Source: Squalus acanthias (lineage: Eukaryota). Taken from it: a stretch of DNA of 40,634 nucleotides. The notes under the pieces are model-generated. The model saw only the letters and a program-made list of their open reading frames with translations, was not told the DNA's origin and made no database searches. The stretch covers positions 434,001-474,634 of the forward strand of contig JASTWF010000364.1 in NCBI GenBank assembly GCA_030390025.1. The letters run 5' to 3'. Made by a program: the position numbers and the translations under genes. Below, one piece after another: positions 22,475 through 31,436 of this stretch (its first letter is position 1; each line of letters starts with the position of its first letter).

Positions 22475-23416
22475 GGTATCGACATAGGTAGGACAAAGAA
22501 AGAGGTTCTGCTGAGAGAGTTTGAGCAACTAGGGACTAAATTAAAAAGCAGAACCACAAAGGTCATAATCTCTGGATTATTACCGGAGCCACGAGCAAAT
22601 TGGCATAGGGTCAATAGGATCAGGGAGATGAATGCGTGGCTGAAAGATTGGTGTGGGAGAAGTGGGTTTCGAATCATGGGGCACTGGCGAAAGAGCTGTT
22701 CCGTTGGGACAGACTACACTTGAACCATGCTGGGACCAGAGTTCGAGCAAATCGAATAACTAGGGAGGTGGATAGGGCTTTAAACTAAATAAGGGGTGGG
22801 GGAGGGAGGGGGAGGGGCCCAGGCAGGGTCCCAGTGGAGAGAAATCTAGAATGCTAAAAAGAGAAAAGACAAGGAAGCAGTGCAGGAAAGTGATTGGGAT
22901 AAGGATAACCAGATAGTGTCAGAAAGGGACAGAGGTACAAACAAAAAGGAGTGCATGAACAAATAGGGCCAGGGTAAGAAAAAATGGTAATTAGACAAAT
23001 AGGGCCATAGTACAAAATTTTAGATTTGTTTAACATTTTTAGACATCTAAAGGCACTGTATCTGAATGCACGAAGCATTCATAAGGTAGACGAATTAACA
23101 GCGCAAATAGATGTAAATGGATACGATATAATTGCGATTACGGAGACATGGCTGCAGGGTGACCAAGGCTGGGAGCTGATTATCCAAGGATATTCGATAT
23201 TTAGGAAGGACAGGCAGAAAGGAAAAGGAGGTGGGGTGGCGTTGTTAGTAAAGGATGAAATCAGAGCAAGAGTGAGAAAGGATATTGGCTCAGAAAATCA
23301 AGATGTAGAATCAGTCTGCGTGGAGCCAAGAAGCACCAAGGGGCAGAAAACATTGGTGGGCGTTGTCTATAGGCCTCCAAACAGTAGTGGTAATGTAGGG
23401 GACGGCATCAAAACAG
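22475..23416 (+). mobile_element. CR1 LINE (ORF1 end and endonuclease N-half), left part of the provirus target
   Basis: DIGRTKKEVLL..VIISGLLPEPRAN; YLNARS, AITETWL, GGGVAL, VYRPPN; continues at 35590. Confidence 0.93.
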
Positions 23417-24767
23417 TGTAGAATTCGCAATATATCGCGATTTTATAAATAAGGAGAAAAACAGAGTTTCGTTCAAACAGCTTTTATTTCAGCAGAATGC
23501 TGTCAGGTTTTCAAAGTGGACACAAGCAGCCTGTAAAATGGCCGCCGAGCATAGTGTCAGAAGCTTCCAGAATACAGTGGGCAGACAAGATGGCGTTCGA
23601 ATAAACATTTCAGTATCAGATTGGTTAATACGCAGCAAACACTGAAAGACAGGATGCAACCTGTCTGCATTCGACACAATAGCAAAGATATAAGTGCTGG
23701 AATCATTTTCCATGCACAAGTAAGGACCATTGTAATGGGCAATCGAAGGCCCATCCAGACACAGCAATACACATATCAGTATTCGAGAAGGCCCCAAACC
23801 CAGTCAGGGAGACTCCTAGCCGGCTCGACAATGGGGAAAACATTAACGGCTACTTGGCCAGTTTAAGGTGCTACCGAAACCCATTAAAGGAAAGAATCGC
23901 CCCATGCTGGGAGTTTTGTGCACCAGCATTTCACAAAGGACAAACATTAAGATTTGAGCGGGAGATAAGGGAACACAGCACTATAACTATAGTGAACAAA
24001 TGTCCATCAAGGGCTTATTCTCTGGATTCGACTCATATCTCTGCTGACTCTTGACTCGGGCTGGACTCTTGACTGATTGATCTCGCTGATGACTGCTGAA
24101 CTTTTATTCTCCTATTCTGATCCTCGGGTATTGCTCTGCTGGACGAGCAGCCTTCTGTTTTTCTCTGGACTCTGTTGACTACGAGACGAGAAGAGGAGGA
24201 GAAGAATCCACGTACCGCCACGGTCAGTAAACCCCGACCGCGCCCGAAAATACAAGAAAGAACTGCAGCGAAACGAGCCGAGTGCCTTACTTTAAAATTC
24301 TCCGAGTTATCACGAGTGGTGAGCATGAGTCTCGATCCTACCAGTCTAGTTTAGAATAGGTATTGATAGGGGAGGGTTTAAGTTTTAAGGATAACTGTAA
24401 TGTGTGCCCCCATTTATGATGTGTCATTCGTTCCTCGCTTCCCTGAAATTAGTTACATAACTGCGTGTAAGATTGTACTGTCATTAATCTGTGCTTATGA
24501 CATGTATTTCATAATCTTGAATAATATGCAATAAAGATTTCCATTTCGTACTATTCAACCGGGTCTATTTGAGTTTTTCACTGCATTACTGCTCTCGCAC
24601 CTAAGTCCAGTGTTAGAACCGTAAGGGCGAGTGGGTCGAACCACTCACAGGTGTCTAGTGCTTCCAGACTGGCTGGAGACCAGAACAGGCAACAAGGCCT
24701 AAACTCGCACTAGCATCCAGGCTGAGCACAGAGCCACACGAATCTCAGAGGTTCAGAAACCCTTACA
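23417..24767 (+). repeat. 5' LTR (1351 bp)
   Basis: TGTAGAA...CCTTACA; TATAACTATA 23982-23991; AATAAA 24530-24535; five substitutions versus the 3' LTR counted by eye. Confidence 0.98.
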
Positions 24768-24771
24768 GAAA

Positions 24772-26580
24772 ATGGCGACCGCGGCAGGACACTGGCAGCG
24801 AGAGGGTAGTGTGTTAGACTTTGGTATGACTGTACGAAATGTTATGCAGGAAAAGATAGCAGATTATGTGTTCGGAAAGGTTAATCTAACTAAGAAATGG
24901 ATAAGTGAATTGTTAGCGGATAAAAGTCCACTAGAGGCAGCCGAAAGGTGGACAGATAGTAAAGAACATAAAAAGACACTCGAGAAAGCAGTCTGGCTAA
25001 TGTGTTACAAAAGGCAGGTCCAGATTTCAAACCAGACCATTACAGCGCTAACAGCTCGAATCAGTCATTTAGAGGGAGAAATGGATGAGAAGGTTTCTGG
25101 AGGGGAATTGCTCATTAGGAATTTAAGTGCGCTGCACCAAGAATGCCAGGAAATCTCCAGTCACCATAAAACAAGGATAGATTTCCTCGAGTGCCAGGTC
25201 ACTGAGGCAAAGTTAAATGAGGGCAGGTTAAAGGAACGATGTGCCCGCCAAGCTGCCCAGATAAGAACTCAGGAAGAGAGCTTAACGGGGGTTAGGGCGG
25301 CATATAAGTTGGCCCTTGAGGATAAGTTTCAGGGAGCCGATCATAGCGCCTGCCAAAAAGAGATAGAACACCTCAAAAGGGCCGTGAACAAAGCGCACGG
25401 CATGGTGTGCCTTATCAGTCCGTCAGCACACCAGCCGCTAGTAAAAGAGGAGTTTCAGAAGTCCCCACCAAGTAAAGCAGAGGAAGTATTAGCCACTGCG
25501 CCCTCCGCGCCACCCAGCTATTCGGAAACCTGGGTAAGGGAGGAAGCAATGGAAGAAACGAAAGAGCCCATTGAGAAAGAAATGGAAAAGGGACCGTTGT
25601 ATCCAGTAACGGGTATAAAAAGGGGCCCAAACAGAAACGGTGGGGAGGAACCAGGGGATCTCCTCGGCCAGCTTGTGTTGCCTCACAGCTCACACCAGCT
25701 GAGAGTTATGATAAATCACGTACGGAAGCTGACCGAGTCAGACGACCCTTCCGTACATTTCAGAGAAGTTGAGCAAACCGCAGCCATTAACGGCTGCGAT
25801 GATGGGGAAACAGCAAAAATGCTGTTGTTTTCGTTAGGCAGTTCAATCCTTCAGTGTCTCTCGGGAGAGAGCAAGAGGGGAACCAAGACTTATGAGGCAT
25901 TAAAGAATGAGGTCCTGGAAGTGTTGGGGGCGGACGATGAAGGTCCGTTTGCTAGAGTGGGACAGACAGTGCAGATAGAGGGAGAACCCCCGAAGGTTTT
26001 TGCCGACAGGCTGTGGCCAGTATATCAGCGCAGCTGTCTAGGTGCGCCAGAGCGCGACGATGTGGAAGGCGCCGGTTTAGCTCATTGGCTTAGGTGCATA
26101 ATAGCCAACAGTTTACCAGCCGTCAGAGAGCAGGCAAAAGCATGGTTTGATCCCAATGACCCCAACATTACGGAAGAGTCGGTCTTGAATCGACTCACGT
26201 TAGGATATCGCAATATAAGGGGTATGGGAACACGTCCCCTTAAGGGAAAAGTACATGAGGTACGACCCGCAGCCCCGTATCAAAGGGAGTGGCATCAGGA
26301 GGGTAATCGCGCCCCACAGGCAAGTAATGCTTGTTACGAGTGCGGGAAGACAGGGCACTGGCGCAAGCATTGCAGGAACCCTTGGAAGGATTCCAAGGAT
26401 AAAAATCCCGCAGCCCGAGCCCAGGCGCCTGTCCCGGCTAGGGAAGCTGGTGCACCCACCCCTCCCGACGACCTCGAAGTAGTGTTGGGAGCCATGCGCA
26501 GTTTATTGAGTGCACATGGAAAGGTGGCGGTTGCAACCGGCCCCGTAGGTGCCGCAGGACCGTCTAGTAGAGCCCCATGA
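24772..26580 (+). CDS. gag: Gag (602 aa): N-terminal coiled coil, PSAPPSY late domain, capsid-like region, one CCHC knuckle
   Basis: Uninterrupted ORF; CYECGKTGHWRKHC at 26332-26373; true start could be the downstream ATG at 24826. Confidence 0.93.
   Translation: MATAAGHWQREGSVLDFGMTVRNVMQEKIADYVFGKVNLTKKWISELLADKSPLEAAERWTDSKEHKKTLEKAVWLMCYKRQVQISNQTITALTARISHLEGEMDEKVSGGELLIRNLSALHQECQEISSHHKTRIDFLECQVTEAKLNEGRLKERCARQAAQIRTQEESLTGVRAAYKLALEDKFQGADHSACQKEIEHLKRAVNKAHGMVCLISPSAHQPLVKEEFQKSPPSKAEEVLATAPSAPPSYSETWVREEAMEETKEPIEKEMEKGPLYPVTGIKRGPNRNGGEEPGDLLGQLVLPHSSHQLRVMINHVRKLTESDDPSVHFREVEQTAAINGCDDGETAKMLLFSLGSSILQCLSGESKRGTKTYEALKNEVLEVLGADDEGPFARVGQTVQIEGEPPKVFADRLWPVYQRSCLGAPERDDVEGAGLAHWLRCIIANSLPAVREQAKAWFDPNDPNITEESVLNRLTLGYRNIRGMGTRPLKGKVHEVRPAAPYQREWHQEGNRAPQASNACYECGKTGHWRKHCRNPWKDSKDKNPAARAQAPVPAREAGAPTPPDDLEVVLGAMRSLLSAHGKVAVATGPVGAAGPSSRAP
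24773..24790 (+). promoter_or_regulatory. Primer binding site, tRNA-Arg(UCG)
   Basis: TGGCGACCGCGGCAGGAC is the reverse complement of GTCCTGCCGCGGTCGCCA, the 3' 18 nt of vertebrate tRNA-Arg(TCG) as I recall it; begins 5 nt after the LTR. Confidence 0.9.
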
Positions 26581-26584
26581 CTAG
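26578..26584 (+). promoter_or_regulatory. UGA-CUAG stop-codon readthrough signal at the gag-pol junction
   Basis: TGACTAG; pol continues in the gag frame (26581 to 26641 is open, 20 codons); same heptamer at 4864-4870 in the older element. Confidence 0.8.
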
Positions 26585-29500
26585 AACCCGCGCAGCCCGT
26601 CTACCTGTGTCCGCTCAGCTATGATGCGTGGAAGCGACCTTTGGTGGAGATGGAGGTAGAGAAACAGAAGGGTAGTTATTTGTTGGACACGGGAGCTTCT
26701 TGCACCATAATCCATACAGATAGCCCTTTTGACTTGCCGCTATCTACCAGGGTCCCATTCACGTTAGCGGGGTTCACGGGAAAAGAACAGGCTGGCGCGT
26801 TCTCCCTTCCGCTATCCATTCGTTTGGGAGCACTTCACCTTAAGTGGAAGTGTATACTGATGGAATGGCAGGAGGGGGGTGGAAGAGGTATCCTCGGGTC
26901 CGATCTCCTATCAGGGCACGGGATCCTCGTGGACCTCAGAAATCACTGTCTCTGGGGGGCTAAGAGTGAAAAAGGCGAGGTAGTAGTGATTCCGGGGGAG
27001 GAACAAACAGGGGTCCTGTGTACCGTGCAGCCATCCGGAGGCTACGACCTCGGGCTTATGATCGCAGGTGTCCCAACGGACATGCAAACGTACGTGTCAG
27101 ATAACATGCACGCGTTTGCAACCCACAAGCACGATTGTGGGAGGGTTACCGGGTTTGAGGTCAGCGTAGATGGGGACCCCATGACCCGGCCCCAAAAGCA
27201 GTATAACTTCCCCAAAGAAGCAGAACCCGATATGGAGACAGCAATGTCCTCCTTGGTGCAGCAGGGCGTGTTGAGGCCGATAGCCACACACGTGAACTCC
27301 CCATTATGGCCGGTTAGGAAGCCGGATAATTCGTGGAGAGCCACGGTGGACTACAGAGTCCTTAACAGTAACATTCCCGCCTGCGCGCCCACGGTAGCAG
27401 CAGTTGCTGACCTAATAGGGAGCATCCCAGCGTCCGTGACCACGTTCACGGTGCTGGATATCTCGAACGGTTTTTGGTCCATCCCGCTGAGGCGAGAGGA
27501 CCAGTACAAGTTTGCCTTTACTTTCAAAGGGCAACAGTACACATGGAACTGTCTGCCACAGGGTTTCCATAATAGCCCCAGTATTTTCCATCAGTGTATG
27601 GCAGGAAGTTTAAGGGAGTTTAGTCAGCCCAATCAGATAGTGCAGTACGTGGATGATTTGCTCCTATTTACGGACTCAAGGGAGGAGCATGGACCACTAC
27701 TGGACGAGTTATTGGAGCTGTTAGCGAGAAAGGGTTTTAAAATAAATCCTAAGAAAGCACGTATCGGTCAGCAGGAAGTAAAATTCCTGGGACTGACCAT
27801 TCGCGCTGGGGAAAGAGCCATAGACAAAGCTAGGAGGGAGTCGGTGCAAGAGTTACCGATTCCCAACAACATAAGGGGTGTGAGGTCCTTCTTGGGACTG
27901 ACCGGATACTGCAGGGATTTTATCGAAGACTATGCGGCCACAGCAGCGCCGCTCCTCCGACTCCTCCATAAGGGAGTGGAGTGGTCTTGGGACGAGGGCT
28001 GCCAAGCAGCCTTCGAGAAGTTAAAAAGGGATCTGCAGACCGCGCCAGCCTTAGGGGCCATAGATGGGGGGGAAGGAGTTTTTCCTGGAGGTAGCTGCCA
28101 GCGGAGACAGCTTGAGCGCTGTGCTGCTCCAAGAGCGTCACGGCAAGCTGAGGCCGGTTGTCTATTCATCCAGGGTGTTAACGGATGTGGAGAGAAGTTT
28201 CTCCAATTGCGAAAGGCACCTTTTAGCCACGCATTGGGCTGTGAAAAGGTCAGCGATCTTCACAGGGCTCTCTCCCATCACTCTCCTCACACATCACACA
28301 CCAACTAAGATGCTTCTAGATGGGAGGATTAAAGATGGGACCGTAAGCGGCGTGCGTATTGCGCGCTGGACCCTTCTTCTTTCCCAGATGGATCTTAGAG
28401 TAAAAGGTCTTTGCGAGCCCAGGCTTGCGGCCAATTTGGTATACCCCGGTACAGCCCACCGGTGTTCGGTGGAAGGGGTGTGGGACGTCAACATAGGTTT
28501 ACGGGCCGGGATACATCCCACTGGGCGCGAGATTTATGTTGATGGGTCTAGCACAGTATCTGCTGGCGAACGACTCACGGGGTGTGGAGTTTATGACCCT
28601 GCGGCAAACCTTGCCCTGGCGATCAAGCTCCCTAGCACCATGAGCGCACAGCAGGCTGAGCTGTCTGCCGTGGTGTACGTTGTTACCCACCCAGACATTT
28701 TCCCAACCCCATACACGATTTGCTCGGACAGTATGTTCACCTGCAATTCGTGTACGGAATACCTGGCCATTTGGTCCCGCCGTGGATACACCTCCGCGGA
28801 CGGGCGGCCTTTAACGGTGAAGCCCTTGCTGGAAAAGATCTTAGCAGCAGCAGTAGGGGAGGAAGGAGAGATTTTTATCCATAAGGTGAAAGCTCACTCC
28901 TCCACAGAGCCCCGTGGGGAGGGCAACCAGCAGGCGGATGCGCTAGCCAGGGAAGGTGCCCGCAACGGCATTTTCTGGGACCCCTATGGGACCAGACCCA
29001 TGGCAGCGATCCAAGGCAGGGACGGGAATCCCGGGAACACCAGGGTAGCATTGCCCCTAGACCTTAAGACCGTCCAAACCCAGGCTCCCGCCCTAAAAGC
29101 AGTCCTAAAAACCATTGCTGAGGGGGAAGCAGGTAGAAGGGCCGTACAGTACGGCAACCCTCTCAGTTAAGGAAGGCATGCTGTTCCGCGAGGAGCAGTG
29201 GGTTGTGCCGCAGCAGCACAGGAGGGAATTCCTCCAGTTGGCTCACGAGGGACCAGGGGCAGGGCACCCCGGGCCCGAGGTTACCTGGCAACGGGTAGAG
29301 CAAGCGGGATGGTGGCCAGGGCTCAGGGAACAAGTCCGCGAGTTCTGTGCAAACTGTCTTGTGTGCGCTGCAAACAACCCAGACCCCCAGAAAAGGAAGG
29401 TGCCCATGGGACACGTAAGAAGGGTAGAGGGACCATGGCAGTCGATACAGATCGACTATTTTGGACCCCTGCCCACCACCCAGGGAGGCTATAAATACTG

Positions 29501-31120
29501 CCTCGTCTTGGTGGATGTGTTTTCCAAGTGGGTGGAAGCCTTCCCCTGTCGAACAGCTACGGCACTGGGTACTGCGAAAATCTTGGTCCGGGAAGTGTTC
29601 TCGCGGTGGGGACTTCCCCGTTTTGTGGAGTCAGACCAGGGAGTCATTTCACCGGCCAGGTGATGCAGAACACCCTCATGCTTTTGGGCATTGAAGGGAA
29701 GTGGCACGTAGCACACAATCCCCAGTCATCCGGGATTGTTGAACGCATGAACCGGACCCTGAAGGAGAAATTGAGGAAAGAGACTAGGAACTCGCCCCAA
29801 AAATGGGCGGAAGTTCTGCCTTTAGTCCTCATGGGGGTCCGGGCCAGTCAGTCAAAAAGTACGGGGTATTCCCCGCACGAGGTGATGACTGGGAGGATCA
29901 TGCGAACCCCCACCCATGTGCTAGCGCCGGTGCTCACTGAGGGTCAGCTCCAAGAGATAAGCAGGGACAAGTTCGCCCAGACCCTCTTGGAACGCCTGAA
30001 GCAGGTTTATGAGCAGGCGGCTGGGAACATGGGAAGGCAGCATCAGGGCAATCGCCTGTTGCTGGAACCCCGCAAAACGCGGGAGTGGGAAGTAGGAGAC
30101 CAGGTCATGGTCAGAAACTACGCCAGAGTAGGGAGTCTGGAACCACTGTATATGGGACCCTACAACATTGTAGATAAGGCGAGTCCCATGGTATACGCCG
30201 TAAAAGTACCTCGGCGCAATAAGTGGTTCCATGTAAACCAGTGCAAACTGTACAAGCCAGGTGCGCAAGGGAAAACCACAGGGGTAAACCCCGCGAGAGG
30301 GGAAGCACAGCCCCAGGTAGGACCACAAGGCACACAGGCAGGCAAAGCAGCTTGCATCAGGGGAGGAGACATCCTGGAAGATCACGAAGCATTTTTGTGG
30401 GGATGGGAGTCAGATGAGGATAGTGATGAAGGCGCGTGGGTTTTGGGGAACGTAAGGAACGTTCCCATTTTAGGTATAGGGAGGACACGGATTGCAGATG
30501 GAGATCCGCACAGGGCGGAGCCACAAGCTGCAGGTCCCGAAGACAGGAGGGAGGAGCTAGGGGAGGCGGAGCCAGCCGCTGTGGGAACACAGGGAGTGAC
30601 GGTGAGGACCCCCGAGCCCGAGCCGCCCGCTTTGAACGTCCCGCCCTCGGGGGAGGCAGAGATCGCGAGTGAAGGGCCGCCTGCTGGGCCGAGCAGAGCG
30701 GAGCCACAAACTGCGAGCCCCGAGGTTAGGGAGGCGGAGTCAGCGGAGGCGGAGCCAGTGACTGTGGTGGAACCACAGGTCGTCCCGATGGAAGTCTCGG
30801 AACCCGGTCCGTCGGTCATGGGATCCCTGCCCCTGACAACTCCCCGTAGGTCAAGTAGAGAACCCCAGCCCAGGAAGATGTGGGTATGGCCCCAGACTGT
30901 CCCAAGGCGTAGACTCAAGGTTAAGGCAGCCCAGATACAGCCCGGCCCCATCGCAGCAGCAACAGGCTGCGGCAGATCAGAGGAAGGGGTCAGTGCAGCA
31001 ACAGGCTGCGGCAGATCAGAGGAAGGGGTCAGTGCAACAACAGGCTGCGGCAGATCAGAGGAAAAGGTCAGAGCCCTCCCACAGTCGGTAAGAGCTCGCA
31101 GCAGCCTTCTCAGAATTTAA
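26581..31120 (+). pseudogene. pol: Pol (about 1510 aa reconstructed): protease, RT, tether, RNase H, integrase, GPY/F, low-complexity tail; three 1-nt frameshifts
   Basis: LLDTGAS; LPQGFHNSP; YVDD; degenerate RNase H (FLEVAASG..RPVVYSSR); active RNase H (YVDGS, QAEL, SDS, KVKAH, GNQQAD); HHCC; D(QID)-D(SDQG)-E(VERMN); YMGPY; indels at 28066-28072, 29122-29126, 29639-29641. Confidence 0.96.
30956..31071 (+). repeat. 39-bp coding tandem repeat x3
   Basis: GCAGCAACAGGCTGCGGCAGATCAGAGGAAGGGGTCAGT, encodes AATGCGRSEEGVS. Confidence 0.95.
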
Positions 31121-31436
31121 AGGGGCCGCCCTGAGAACGGGCGGCACTGTACAGTAATAAGTTTTAAGTTTTTAGTTCATAGTTCAAGTTTAAGTTTATA
31201 GTTTAAGGTTAAGAATAAGTTCATAGTTTTAGATAAGGTTAAGTTTGTAGTTTTAATTTTTAACAGAAAATGATAAAATGATGGGAGCTTTAGAGATAGG
31301 TTTAGTTAAAGTTTATTCAGCGAACATTGAAGTTTACGTGAGGCGAGGTCAGGGGACCCGCTCACCCTTCACAAAAGCCAGAGACTCTTGCGAGGCTGGC
31401 TACCTCATTCTATCTGATCACAGGAACCAAGGAAGG

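Noticed and set aside
23489..24326. Short ORFs inside the LTRs as accessory genes
   Set aside because: At most about 100 aa, no motifs; they recur at 34311-35148 only because the LTR is duplicated, and their boundaries are not kept in the solo LTR
26578..26580. UGA as a selenocysteine codon
   Set aside because: No SECIS recognised; CUAG context and gag-pol position fit ordinary readthrough better
28064..28075. Programmed ribosomal frameshift at the G7 run
   Set aside because: Needs a +1 shift in the middle of RT-tether, and similar run indels occur at four other sites; better explained as error or mutation
30382..30951. 189-aa antisense ORF as an HBZ/ASP-like accessory gene
   Set aside because: Shadow of GC-rich repetitive coding sequence; no recognisable motif and no counterpart in the older element
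30956..31071. 39-bp repeats as a CRISPR array
   Set aside because: No spacers; contiguous in-frame coding repeat in a eukaryotic provirus
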